Counted from the first letter of the stretch, positions 9,705 through 19,496 are shown. The stretch is DNA of 64,000 nucleotides from Thainema sp. (GCA_052168235.1 JBQLZK010000014.1:1-64000), one strand, 5' to 3'. Made by a program: numbers and translations. The notes: generated by a model not told the origin, from the sequence alone.

Positions 9705-11521
9705 GGCAATGACTGAACAACAGGTGAATAGGGAGCGAGATGAGATGTGATATAGGAGTCTAGAGCATTAGGCACCAGTTCCAGCGCTAGTTCGAGCTGT
9801 AGCCGTCCCTGTACCACTGGCTTTTCTGTGCCGTCGGTCGCCATCGGCTGCAATCCAATCTCTACACCGTGCAGCCAGCCCTCTAGCTCCGGCGATCGTC
9901 GCTGGAGCTGACGCAACAATTGCTCCTGTAGACTGGCGGCTGTCACCAGATGAGTTGGTAAATGCGGCGACAAATCTGGCTGCTCAAACTGAATCAGAGC
10001 CGCTGAATCCAGCACCACAGCATAGGGATTGAGCCGCGTTCCCGTACTCAAATCACAGGCCCATCGACCTTTAGCCGTGTGAATGGTCAACTGCGATCGC
10101 AGCCGGATGTAGCCCGTTTGCCAAGGCTGCTGGGGCGAAAACGTTTGGGCTTTGACACCTGCCATGAGCCGCGTCGCCCGATAGCTGGCCTGAAGAATAG
10201 ACCATAGAATTCGATAGCCCAGCGATCGCAACCTCAACGGATTAGGTAATGCCGACCAGCCCAAGCTCGTCTGATGCTCATCCCCTGCCCAGCAGGCACA
10301 CTGCACCAGCCAGCGCGGATCAAGCTTCTGATCCGGTTGATCATCGTCCCACGCTTGCCACACCATTTCATGCAGGAACCGCTGCTGGGCAGTGGCCTGC
10401 GCCATCACTTCCGCCCATGCCTCGTTCTGAATGTGAACCTGCACCAATCGCTGGGCATCATCTACACCCGTTTGCCAATTGGGGGACTGCTGCTCTAGCG
10501 GCGTAAATTCCAAACCGTACTGGAGCTGGATCGCTCCAGCTTGCCAACTCTGCTCCGGCAGCAAAAGTTCAATATCCAAACCAGTCAGCAATTCATCCAG
10601 CAGGGGATGGTGGGCCAGTTGCGACTCTAGCTCAAGCTGTAGCCGCTGTACCCAAGTCGGAGTAGCCCCAAACTCCCGATCTTCGACTTGGATCAGCGTT
10701 TGGCTGTCCAACAGGTTGCTGGGCGGACGCTGAGCTACTAAATCAAGTGATTCCTGCTGTGCTCCAACTTCAACCGTCAGCCAAACCGCGAGCCGAATTT
10801 GTCCCACTTGCCAGTCTTGACCCGGTTGAAAGATGCGTGCCTGCACGCCCTCCAAAAGCTGCATCAGCACAGGCGATTGAGCCGCGATGCTCCAAATGAT
10901 CGGGGAGGCCAGCGCGGCCAAAGTGAGATGACAAGGCACAGAGTGCCGACGCTCAGACGGACGCAGCATCGTATCTCGCTGCCACGCCGCTTGCACGTCC
11001 TGAGCTTCGTCGAGTAGGTAAGTGAGTAGGTTTTCCGGCGTCTGTGGCTGATCCTCTGGCCAGCCGCTGTCGGGCGCGAGCAGAGCAGTTAGCACGTCTA
11101 TCAGTTGCCGCGCGGAGGCCGCCAAAGCGGGCACGTCCGACTGAGCGACAAATTGGAACTGGGCATCCTGAAGCCGATTGATAGCGGTAAGCGGCAGACG
11201 CAGAACCACGTGTTCAAGCCCGACCGTGGAGACGGTTGGCGGTGTCGGTGTGGCTAGAGCATGGGCGGGACTGGCAGCGAGCGAATCGGTTGCTGCTAAC
11301 GGTGATGTTGGTAAGGAATTTGCTGCGGCTATAGCCTCGCCTGCCATATCGTCCGGCACGCTGTAATTTGATGCCTGATGCATTTGATGACGATGCAAAA
11401 TGGCCTCCTGCCGTGCCAGATCGCCATTCGTCGTCCCATTCAGCGCGGCATTCACATTTGCACCGATGTTGGCATTGAAATCGGTATTGAAACTGTCTAT
11501 AAGCTGATCCGAGGTGTTCAT
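9701..11521 (-). CDS. Hypothetical protein with four degenerate KGK-like repeats
   Basis: Long ORF; repeated L..G...(F/L).P...WQ.G.I(R/Q)L; overlaps the gvp gene by 4 nt; start probably MNTSDQ. Confidence 0.7.
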   Translation of the reverse strand: MNTSDQLIDSFNTDFNANIGANVNAALNGTTNGDLARQEAILHRHQMHQASNYSVPDDMAGEAIAAANSLPTSPLAATDSLAASPAHALATPTPPTVSTVGLEHVVLRLPLTAINRLQDAQFQFVAQSDVPALAASARQLIDVLTALLAPDSGWPEDQPQTPENLLTYLLDEAQDVQAAWQRDTMLRPSERRHSVPCHLTLAALASPIIWSIAAQSPVLMQLLEGVQARIFQPGQDWQVGQIRLAVWLTVEVGAQQESLDLVAQRPPSNLLDSQTLIQVEDREFGATPTWVQRLQLELESQLAHHPLLDELLTGLDIELLLPEQSWQAGAIQLQYGLEFTPLEQQSPNWQTGVDDAQRLVQVHIQNEAWAEVMAQATAQQRFLHEMVWQAWDDDQPDQKLDPRWLVQCACWAGDEHQTSLGWSALPNPLRLRSLGYRILWSILQASYRATRLMAGVKAQTFSPQQPWQTGYIRLRSQLTIHTAKGRWACDLSTGTRLNPYAVVLDSAALIQFEQPDLSPHLPTHLVTAASLQEQLLRQLQRRSPELEGWLHGVEIGLQPMATDGTEKPVVQGRLQLELALELVPNALDSYITSHLAPYSPVVQSLP

Positions 11522-11761
11522 ACTCCTCAATTTTCCCGCCAGCAACCCCAATCGAACCTGAAAACTTGGTTATTTGGTCGATCTTCTTACCAGCTTACTG
11601 AGGGGAGCCTGATGGATAGTGCGATCGCAATTTATTGCAATGTATGGCGACAATATTCGCGGTTCACGGCATGCACTCAGCCAGTTTTAAGGTCAATCGT
11701 TCACAATTCAGAGGAGATAAAGGGTTATGGAGGTTGCAAAGAAAGCAATTTCAGAAATGGG

Positions 11762-11811
11762 TTGACAATATACAGACCTGTCTACATAATCAAAATAGAC
11801 AGACCGTTCTA
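11762..11811 (+). promoter_or_regulatory. Sigma70-type promoter overlapped by two 16-bp TetR(NemR)-like operators
   Basis: TTGACA(11762)-17 nt-CATAAT(11785); boxes tatacagacctgtcta (11769-11784) and tagacagaccgttcta (11796-11811). Confidence 0.7.
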
Positions 11812-11833
11812 TATAAGTCTGAAAAGAATCATC

Positions 11834-12493
11834 ATGATTGACCTCTACGCCTACGCAACGCCCAATGGCCGCAAGCCTGCCATTCTGCTGGAAGAACTGA
11901 AGCTTCCCTACACCATTCACGAAGTAGACATCACCAAAGGCGAGCAGTTTTCGCCGGAGTTTGTCGCCATTAATCCCAATAGTAAAATTCCCGCCATCCG
12001 CGATCGCGAAACGGATATTACGGTGTTTGAATCCGGTGCGATTCTGATTTACCTAGCTGAGAAAACGGGACAGTTTTTGCCAACTGACATCCGCGATCGC
12101 ACTCGGGTTATTGAATGGCTGATGTTCCAAATGGCCAGCGTCGGGCCGATGTTTGGTCAGCTTGGCCATTTTCGCAATGCGGCACCGGAGCAGATCCCCT
12201 ATGCGATTAACCGCTATGAAACGGAAACCCTTCGTCTGCTGGGCGTTTTAGAGCGCCAGCTAGCGGAGCAGGAGTACATTGCTGGGGACTATTCGATTGC
12301 TGATATGGCCACGTTTCCTTGGGTGGCAGCGGCGAAAACGCCTTATCTGGACATTTCCTTCGACGAGTTTCCCCAGGTACAAGCCTGGATTGAGCGGCTG
12401 AAGGCACGTCCGGCAGTTCAGGTGGGCATGGATATTTTCAAGCCAACGTTTAAGAGTGAGTACGGCACGCTGGCGGATGAAGTCGCGGTTTAG
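11834..12493 (+). CDS. Glutathione S-transferase (YfcG/Nu-class-like)
   Basis: MIDLYAYATPNGRK, INPNSKIPAI, FESGAIL, YSIADMATFPW; start refined from the ORF track. Confidence 0.9.
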   Translation: MIDLYAYATPNGRKPAILLEELKLPYTIHEVDITKGEQFSPEFVAINPNSKIPAIRDRETDITVFESGAILIYLAEKTGQFLPTDIRDRTRVIEWLMFQMASVGPMFGQLGHFRNAAPEQIPYAINRYETETLRLLGVLERQLAEQEYIAGDYSIADMATFPWVAAAKTPYLDISFDEFPQVQAWIERLKARPAVQVGMDIFKPTFKSEYGTLADEVAV

Positions 12494-12515
12494 ATATCAA
12501 ATTGGATGTCAATTG

Positions 12516-12591
12516 GTAGGTTGGCGTCGAGCTTGCGAGACCCAACAACCCTTCATCATCGTTGGGTTTCGCGTTGCTCAACCCAACCTAC
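12516..12591. repeat. GTAG-foot REP doublet (inverted pair)
   Basis: gtaggttggcgtcgag...gttgggtttcgcgttgctcaacccaacctac; right arm is the exact reverse complement of 44498-44528. Confidence 0.75.
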
Positions 12592-12672
12592 ATGGCCTAC
12601 TCACGTAAAAAAGTGCGATCGCAAGTCAGATTGTAAAAAATTCAATTCATTCCTATACAGGAGATTTTTGCC

Positions 12673-13293
12673 ATGATTACGCTCTACGGTCATGAACTAT
12701 CGGGTAACAGCTTCAAAGTGCGTTTGTTTCTGGAACTGCTCGGTTTGGAATATGAATTTAAGCAGGTTGATTTGATGAAAGGTGAACATAAGCAGCCTGC
12801 TTATTTAGCAATTAATCCATTCGGACAAGTGCCTGCCCTAGTCGATGGTGACCTGGTGCTGCAAGATGCCCAAGCGATTCTGGTTTATCTGGCGCGGCAG
12901 TATGGTGGCGATACCTGGTTGCCGATTGAGCCGATTGAGCTGAGCCATGTTGTGCGCTGGCTTTCCACCACGGCGGGCGAAGTGCGGCAAGGCCCAGAGA
13001 ATGCGCGGCTCTATCACCTGTTCGGCTCTAAAGCGATCAACATTGAACGCGCTACCGAAAAATCACACCTGATTTTGCAGCACTTGGACGACCATTTGTG
13101 CGATCGCACTTGGCTGGAGTTTGAGCGACCTACAATTGCCGATATCGCTGTATTCCCCTACGTTGCCCTGGCTCCCGATGGCAAGATTGCACTGGAGCAA
13201 TATCCCAATGTCGTCGCCTGGATTGACCGGATTAAGCAGCTTCCCGGCTTCATCGGTATGCGCGGTATTGAAGTTCCCGCTACGGTGGCGTAA
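12673..13293 (+). CDS. Glutathione S-transferase family protein
   Basis: LSGNSFKVRL, INPFGQVPALVDG, DAQAILVYLA, PTIADIAVFPY. Confidence 0.9.
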   Translation: MITLYGHELSGNSFKVRLFLELLGLEYEFKQVDLMKGEHKQPAYLAINPFGQVPALVDGDLVLQDAQAILVYLARQYGGDTWLPIEPIELSHVVRWLSTTAGEVRQGPENARLYHLFGSKAINIERATEKSHLILQHLDDHLCDRTWLEFERPTIADIAVFPYVALAPDGKIALEQYPNVVAWIDRIKQLPGFIGMRGIEVPATVA

Positions 13294-13308
13294 TGATAGA
13301 GGACTGAA

Positions 13309-13452
13309 GACTGAGTGAGGGGTAGATGGGTGGATGAGTAGATGGGTAGATGATGTGTGGAAGCCAACCCACTCCGTTACCTCATTACCCTCTACAGCCT
13401 CTACAGCCCTTTACAGCCTTTATCCTCACTCCTCACTCCTCACCTCCTCACT
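13309..13452. repeat. Composite short tandem repeat block (8-mer gtagatgg, 9-mer ctctacagc, 7-mer cctcact)
   Basis: Direct reading; same module order as 42091-42251. Confidence 0.75.
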
Positions 13453-13482
13453 GCCCCAACGCTCTCCATAGAGGTACTCATT

Positions 13483-14514
13483 ATGCAATCTAAACAAGGC
13501 TGGACGGCGGATGCATCGCCGTTCCACGTTGGCGAGCGCGAAATCCAGACGCGGATGGGCGTGCGCGACAGGATGGAAAACATCGGTCGCCGCTTCATTC
13601 GTCAGTCTATGCCTGACCAACATCGCCAGTTTTATCAGCAGTTACCGTTTCTGATTCTCGGCAGCTTGGACAATCAGGATCGACCTTGGGCTTCGATTAT
13701 TGCGGGAGAACCGGATTTCATTCAATCGCCAGATGAGGTGACGCTCGTGGTAAATGCTCAACCACTTCCCGGTGATCCGCTGAACGATAATCTGCACGAG
13801 GGTTCTGAGCTGGGGCTGTTGGGAATTGACTTGGCGACTCGACGGCGGAATCGGATGAATGGGCGGGTGATTGGCGTAGATAGGAAAAGTGTAGGAAGTG
13901 CGATCGCACTTCCTACACCTACCTCACATAACAGCTTCACCATCACCGTCACCCAATCCTTCGGCAACTGCCCCCAATTTATCCAAAAGCGACAGCTCCA
14001 CTGGCTACCGGAACGGCTGACAGCTATCCCTTCCAAACCTCAGCGCTATGAGCAGTTCACGCCCGTCATGCGCGAGTTGATGGTTCAGGCCGATGCGTTT
14101 TTTATTGCCACGAGCTACACCAGTCACAATGAGCCGGATCAGAGCGTCAATCAAGGCGTAGATGTGTCCCATCGTGGCGGCAAACCGGGCTTTGTGCGGA
14201 TTGACGATGACCACACGTTTACCTTTCCCGACTTTGCGGGCAACAACTTCTACAGCACAATTGGCAATCTGTTGCTGAATCCAAAGGTTGGCGTGCTGTT
14301 CATCGACTTTGAGCAGGGTCATTTGCTGTCGATTACGGGTCAAGCTGAAATTATTTGGGATCAAGAAGCTGTAGCTACTTACGCTGGAGCCGAGCGACTG
14401 GTGCGGATCACGGTTGATGAAATGGTCTACCTGCCAGATGTTCTGCCTTTCCGCTGGGAATTTGAGGAATATTCGCCCTCGCTTGGTTTCACGGGAGAAT
14501 GGCAGGTAGCCTAA
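13483..14514 (+). CDS. Pyridoxamine 5'-phosphate oxidase-like FMN-binding protein (two PNPOx-like domains)
   Basis: SPFHVGEREIQ, MPDQHRQFY, TRRRNRMNG, FGNCPQFIQKR, DVSHRGGKPGFV, FPDFAGN; RBS gaggt before the ATG. Confidence 0.85.
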   Translation: MQSKQGWTADASPFHVGEREIQTRMGVRDRMENIGRRFIRQSMPDQHRQFYQQLPFLILGSLDNQDRPWASIIAGEPDFIQSPDEVTLVVNAQPLPGDPLNDNLHEGSELGLLGIDLATRRRNRMNGRVIGVDRKSVGSAIALPTPTSHNSFTITVTQSFGNCPQFIQKRQLHWLPERLTAIPSKPQRYEQFTPVMRELMVQADAFFIATSYTSHNEPDQSVNQGVDVSHRGGKPGFVRIDDDHTFTFPDFAGNNFYSTIGNLLLNPKVGVLFIDFEQGHLLSITGQAEIIWDQEAVATYAGAERLVRITVDEMVYLPDVLPFRWEFEEYSPSLGFTGEWQVA

Positions 14515-14533
14515 CCGATAATTATTAACGTTC

Positions 14534-14602
14534 TGTAGGGGCAGGTTTTGCTGACCAATTTTGATTTGGAACCATTACTTATCGGCTAAACCTGCCCCTA
14601 CA
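14534..14602. repeat. GTAG-foot inverted repeat (15-bp arms)
   Basis: tgtaggggcaggttt ... aaacctgcccctaca. Confidence 0.7.
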
Positions 14603-14632
14603 ACTATTTCTATGCACATTAAGGAAAACACC

Positions 14633-15325
14633 ATGAAGCTACATGCCGATTTGAGCCAACGCGCTGTTGTCTTTAGCGAAGATCTGCCCTGGATGGATTC
14701 GCCGATGCCGGGTGTGCAGCGCCGCATGTTGGATCGGGATGGCGAGGAAGTGGCCAGAGCGACATCGCTGGTGCGCTATGCTCCCGGTAGCGAGTTTTCG
14801 CCCCATGTTCACGGTGGCGGTGAGGAGTTTTTCGTGCTCGACGGTGTGTTTTCTGATGAGTATGGCGATTATCCAGCAGGCACCTATGTGCGGAATCCAG
14901 TTGGCTCCAAGCACAGGCCATCGAGTCGGGATGGCTGCACGATTTTGGTAAAGCTGTGGCAGATGCACCCGCAGGATCAGCAGCGGGTAGTGGTGAATAT
15001 GCACCAAGCCCAGTGGTATCCGGGATTGGTAGACGGGCTGCAAGTGTTGCCGCTACACAGTTTTGGCACGGAGAAGGTAGCGCTGGTGCGCTGGGCACCG
15101 GGAACCGAGTTTCAGCGCCATACGCACTACGGCGGCGAGGAGATTTTGGTGCTGGAGGGTGTGTTTGAAGATGAATACGGCAGCTATCCCCAAGGCACTT
15201 GGCTACGAAATCCGCATGGCAGTGTGCATACGCCGTTTAGTCGTGAGGGCTGTTTGATTTACGTGAAAGTGGGGCATTTGGACGTTGGTGTAGAGGCGGA
15301 ACAAGAGCGTTCCGTGAAAGTTTAG
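14633..15325 (+). CDS. ChrR-like tandem cupin protein
   Basis: GVQRRMLDRDGEEVARATSLVRYAPGS, two H.H.GGEE motifs, RNP.GS.H.P. Confidence 0.9.
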   Translation: MKLHADLSQRAVVFSEDLPWMDSPMPGVQRRMLDRDGEEVARATSLVRYAPGSEFSPHVHGGGEEFFVLDGVFSDEYGDYPAGTYVRNPVGSKHRPSSRDGCTILVKLWQMHPQDQQRVVVNMHQAQWYPGLVDGLQVLPLHSFGTEKVALVRWAPGTEFQRHTHYGGEEILVLEGVFEDEYGSYPQGTWLRNPHGSVHTPFSREGCLIYVKVGHLDVGVEAEQERSVKV

Positions 15326-15332
15326 CGGTTCC

Positions 15333-15519
15333 GTAGGGGCGAAAGGCCTTTCGCCCTAGTGCAATATCGACACGAACCACAGCGTCATGAAGAGAGTTAA
15401 GTTTCGTAGGGGCGAAAGGCATTTCGCCCTGTGCGATAGGTCACGGTTGGATTAGAGATTGCACAGGTCGGATGAGATGATTGACGGTGTCTAGAGGGCG
15501 AATGGCCATTCGCCCCTAC
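15333..15519. repeat. Cluster of three GTAG-foot REP hairpins (gtaggggcgaa...ttcgccct)
   Basis: Copies at 15333-15357, 15406-15430 and, inverted, 15495-15519; relatives at 32103 and 48858. Confidence 0.8.
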
Positions 15520-15610
15520 ACATACAAAATTTGATCGCTCGCTTCGCTCGCAGGGGAAAGGGAAAAGAGTTAAGAAGTGCAGAGAGTAAGAGGGTAAAAA
15601 GAGCAAAGCG

Positions 15611-17476
15611 TTACGGAAGAATCCTAGGCAAACGACAGACAACCCGAAAACCAAAAGTGCTGCTGGAAACGCGCGGATCGTCGTAGACGCGATAGGCAGA
15701 GCGACAATGCCCAGGATGGTCGTACCAGGAACCGCCGCGTAAAATCCTGCGATCGCCTTTTCCATCTACGATCCAGGCACTTCCATCTGTCGGTGCATTC
15801 TGATAATTTTGATGAAAATGATCTAAACACCACTCAATAACATTGCCGTGCATATCGAACAAACCAAAGGCATTAGCCGGAAAGCTACCTACTGGAGTCG
15901 TTTGTCTCCGATACTCACCTTTCACGCCGCTACCGTAGGTATAATCGCCGTTGTAATTTGCTAAATCAGTAGAAATCGTTTCACCAAAGTAGAAAGGAGT
16001 TTCAGTTCCGGCTCGGCAGGCATATTCCCATTCCGCTTCGCTGGGTAAACGGTACTCTCGCTTCGTTTGCTGAGACAGCTTCTCGCAAAACTTGACCGCA
16101 TCATGCCAACTGACATTAATCACGGGCTTGTTAGGTGCCACAAACTTAGCATCAGAATGTGTTGCTGGATTTGTACCCATCACTGCCTCGTATTGGGCCT
16201 GTGTCACTGCAAACTTGCCTATATAAAACGCAGAAACATTTACCTGATGCCGAGGTAATTCCCTTGCACAGTACTTTTGATAGTCCTCTTCTGAGATGAG
16301 TTTAAGAATCTCCTGCCTTTCTACCTCCGTCTGCCCCATCCAAAAGCTACCCGCCGGAATCGGCACCATTTCCAGTCCAACACCATTGCCCAATGGCTCA
16401 ACAAACGCCGTGGGCGTCGCCGCTTCCGTCGCAGACGTGTTGATTAATCCAGTCACAGTATCTACAGGAACAACAGATTCAGCCTCTAATGCTGGTGCCG
16501 ATTTGGGTGCTTTCGCCTCACCCTGCAAATCTACCGTTCCAGCCAAACCCGCTGATTGCACATTCATCCGCGCCACTGCAATCCGCTGAAACGCCCCAAT
16601 CGCTTGCGTATCCGTTCCCGATGCCGCCGCATTGACCCGAATCCAGAGCTGTTCAGCCAAATCCCAGTCCCGATCGGCCTCCGCCTGAAACGCATCCACC
16701 TTCAGCGTGGCAATATCCGCATCCGTCGCATAGCGCGGCAGCAAAATCACATGCGCCTTCGTAATCGGTTCCGCAATGATGTACGGCGTTTGCACCACCG
16801 TATCCCCACAATGCTCCCGAATCAGCGTCGGCACCCGCTGCATCAGATAGCGATTCAGTCGCTCCACCGTGGCACAGCGACCATGCCCGCCCAAGCCATC
16901 CAGCAGCGCCGCCGTAAACGCTCCTTGCCCCAAGGCCGGAATTTCATAGGAATACTCATGGGGACTACAGGAAAAAATGCTGATCACACCCGTTTGCCGC
17001 GCAACGGCTTCCGTTTCGCGACCAATACCTTCGCCTGATTTTTTGCGCTGATTGCGGCAAGCATCCAAAATCATCACCACGTTATCGGCACCGCATTCCC
17101 GCAGATAATCCGTAATCACATGGGTCGGAATCGCAGAATTCTCCGGATCTTCTGGGTCACCATCCAGCGGCATCAGATAATCGCGTCCCTCATGACGCAT
17201 CCCGTGCCCACTAAAAAAGAACCAGAAATTATCGCCACTGCTCATGCGGGGCTGATCAAAAATTTCCCGCATCATCCGGAGCAGATTAGTACGGAAAGGA
17301 AAAGTTGACTTGCCATTGACCCGAGGCGAATCCGTCGTAAACAGAAACACCTCATTGAAATTGGCCTCTTGCCGCAAAAACTCAGCCACGGTTTCTGCAT
17401 CCCGCTGGGCATAGCTCAACGGCTGCATAAACTCGTAGTTATTAATGCCAACTGCGATCGCACAATTCTGTGTCAT
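15611..17476 (-). CDS. Caspase-like (C14) peptidase fused to an FGE-sulfatase/CLec domain; probable DGR target
   Basis: AIAVGINNY, FFFSGHG and ILDACR dyad; RLPSEAEWEYACRAGT, NAFGLFDMHGNV.EW, RGGSW...CRSA.R...GFRVV. Confidence 0.9.
   Translation of the reverse strand: MTQNCAIAVGINNYEFMQPLSYAQRDAETVAEFLRQEANFNEVFLFTTDSPRVNGKSTFPFRTNLLRMMREIFDQPRMSSGDNFWFFFSGHGMRHEGRDYLMPLDGDPEDPENSAIPTHVITDYLRECGADNVVMILDACRNQRKKSGEGIGRETEAVARQTGVISIFSCSPHEYSYEIPALGQGAFTAALLDGLGGHGRCATVERLNRYLMQRVPTLIREHCGDTVVQTPYIIAEPITKAHVILLPRYATDADIATLKVDAFQAEADRDWDLAEQLWIRVNAAASGTDTQAIGAFQRIAVARMNVQSAGLAGTVDLQGEAKAPKSAPALEAESVVPVDTVTGLINTSATEAATPTAFVEPLGNGVGLEMVPIPAGSFWMGQTEVERQEILKLISEEDYQKYCARELPRHQVNVSAFYIGKFAVTQAQYEAVMGTNPATHSDAKFVAPNKPVINVSWHDAVKFCEKLSQQTKREYRLPSEAEWEYACRAGTETPFYFGETISTDLANYNGDYTYGSGVKGEYRRQTTPVGSFPANAFGLFDMHGNVIEWCLDHFHQNYQNAPTDGSAWIVDGKGDRRILRGGSWYDHPGHCRSAYRVYDDPRVSSSTFGFRVVCRLPRILP
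15620..15745 (-). other. Candidate DGR variable repeat (VR) and IMH
   Basis: Variable-position codons between RGGSW and GFRVV end in C/T (TAC GAC CAT, CAT, TAT, GTC TAC GAC GAT, CGC GTT TCC AGC AGC ACT TTT), as expected from AAY template codons. Confidence 0.65.
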
Positions 17477-17493
17477 TCATCCCACAACAAACT

Positions 17494-17844
17494 CTATTTT
17501 TCTACGCGCTTAAATTTCAGCGTAATCGCACTCTTTGCTTCCGCGCCAGCCACCAGCTTAATTTCTCCCTTGCCGCTAATCTCAATTGACAATTCCACCT
17601 CATCCAGCTTCATATCCGAATCCATACCGATCTGCTGATCCACCTGCTTGAACAGTCTGCCCACAAACTGCAAAAACCGATTCATATTCGCTTCCAGCAG
17701 ATCTGCCGGAACTCTGGCCACATTTTCCACTCGCCTGCGTACTTCATCGCCCCAACCCCTCGATGTAGGCACCGAAGGCGCATCCACTGATCCCGAATCA
17801 TCGGTCACGATCAAGATGTATTCGTTAGCAGATTCTTCAGGCAT
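17494..17844 (-). CDS. Pepco/Trypco-like peptidase co-occurring small protein
   Basis: LDEVELSIEISGKGEIKLVAGAEAKSAITLKFKR; 17 nt upstream of the caspase gene. Confidence 0.75.
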   Translation of the reverse strand: MPEESANEYILIVTDDSGSVDAPSVPTSRGWGDEVRRRVENVARVPADLLEANMNRFLQFVGRLFKQVDQQIGMDSDMKLDEVELSIEISGKGEIKLVAGAEAKSAITLKFKRVEK

Positions 17845-18071
17845 AGCGACCTCTATCAGGCTGGTTTAGGTTACAAGCATCTCATTGTCAAAGCGTCTTT
17901 TGGTTTCTCTGCATCGATTTAATAAAGCTGTTATATTGAGGCTGAATAATCTTAAAAAAACTATAAGAACAGTCTCACAATTCACTGGTTGCGATCGCAC
18001 AATGAGTTCGTGATTGCTCGCTGAGTTCGATAATCATCTTTGTTCCTCCATTTGCAAGAAAGGATTGTCTA

Positions 18072-19373
18072 ATGCGCCCATCTCAGCCGGGTCTACGCTG
18101 TTTGCATCCACGTAGGCTAAACCCCCGCTGGAGCGGATTGGTGTTATCGGGACTGCTGTTAATCCCCACCAGTGGTTGCGTCCTGCTGCCCCAGAGCGAT
18201 GCTCAAACTGGCCCACCCGGACGCGAGCAGGAGGATGGCCCCGTCGCTGTCGAAGCTGCGATCGCACAATCTGGCACCGTCGAAGAAGTGCTGGAATATA
18301 CGGGCACCACTCAGCCGATTCAAGAAGCAACGGTGCGATCTCAGGTTAATGGCCAGTTGCGATCGCTAGTCGTAGACGTTGGTGATCCGGTCAGTGCAGG
18401 TGAAGCGCTGGCGCAAGTAGACGATACGCTGCTGCAAGTGGCTGTCAACGAAGCCCAAGCGGAGCTAACGTCACGCCAGTCGGAAGTTGCGCAGGCGCAG
18501 GCCGAAGTCAGCGATGTCCAAACCAACTATGAAGAGGCCAAAGTTCAGCTCCAGCAGGCGCAGACCGATGCCAATCGGCTCAGGCAGCTTGCCAATGCTG
18601 GAGCCATTTCATTTCAGGAAGCTGAACAGGCAGAACTCGCTAGAGATCTAGCTGAGCAGGCGCTCCGCTCCGCTGAACAGCAGATCCGCACCCGTGAACA
18701 AGCGGTTAATGCGGCAAAAGGACGGGTGGAAGCTCAGCAAGCCGTCGTGGCCCAAGAGCAGGAGCAGCTATCTTACACCGCAGTGCAGGCTCCCTTCACC
18801 GGGGTGGTGCTGGAGAAAAACATTGAAGCTGGAGACTATGTCCAGACGGGCACCGATATCCTACGCATCGGTGATTTGAGTATGCTTGAGGTAACAGTAC
18901 AAATCTCAGAACTGGATCTCAGCCGCATCAGTCCGGGGCAGTCCGTACAGGTACGGTTTGATGCGCTACCAGGTCAGGAATTCACGGGCCAGGTGAGCCG
19001 GATCGCTCCCGTTGCCGATGCCACATCGCGCCAGCTTCCCGTAGAGATTACGCTGCCCAATCCCAGCGGTCGCATCGGCAGCGGTTTACTGGCGCGTGTT
19101 CGATTTACCCCACCCGGAGCTTCCCAGATCGTTGTGCCGCAAGAAGCCGTGCAGGATATTGATGGTAATCCCCAAATCTTCATCGTGACCGAGAATGAGT
19201 CCGGCGCTACTGTCAGCCCCCGTAGCGTACGCCTAGGCGATCGCGCCAACGGCCAGATAGAAATCCTCTCCGGCCTCGAATCGGATGAAACTTATGTTGT
19301 AGCCAGCGATCAGCCCTTAGAAGATGGACAAGCCGTCCGACTTAGCATTCTGTCCGAAACCAGCGCCAATTAA
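18072..19373 (+). CDS. RND efflux periplasmic adaptor (MFP)
   Basis: Lipobox-like TSGC, VRSQVNG..VDVGD, long coiled coil, APFTGVV, beta-barrel. Confidence 0.92.
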   Translation: MRPSQPGLRCLHPRRLNPRWSGLVLSGLLLIPTSGCVLLPQSDAQTGPPGREQEDGPVAVEAAIAQSGTVEEVLEYTGTTQPIQEATVRSQVNGQLRSLVVDVGDPVSAGEALAQVDDTLLQVAVNEAQAELTSRQSEVAQAQAEVSDVQTNYEEAKVQLQQAQTDANRLRQLANAGAISFQEAEQAELARDLAEQALRSAEQQIRTREQAVNAAKGRVEAQQAVVAQEQEQLSYTAVQAPFTGVVLEKNIEAGDYVQTGTDILRIGDLSMLEVTVQISELDLSRISPGQSVQVRFDALPGQEFTGQVSRIAPVADATSRQLPVEITLPNPSGRIGSGLLARVRFTPPGASQIVVPQEAVQDIDGNPQIFIVTENESGATVSPRSVRLGDRANGQIEILSGLESDETYVVASDQPLEDGQAVRLSILSETSAN

Positions 19374-19496
19374 TCCTTTGACATAGGTATAGCACTCTAC
19401 CGTATCGACCGTATAACCATGCCAGGATTCTGGAGCTGATTTATTCTGCCAGCTTCTCTCGCCCAAACAACTCACCCCCAATTACCACCACCATCT

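Noticed and set aside
11378..11833. 152-aa N-terminal extension of the GST in the ORF track
   Set aside because: It overlaps the divergent gene and the promoter/operators; the GST fold starts at ATG 11834. Similar over-extensions at 13357, 14561, 61544 and 7636 were trimmed.
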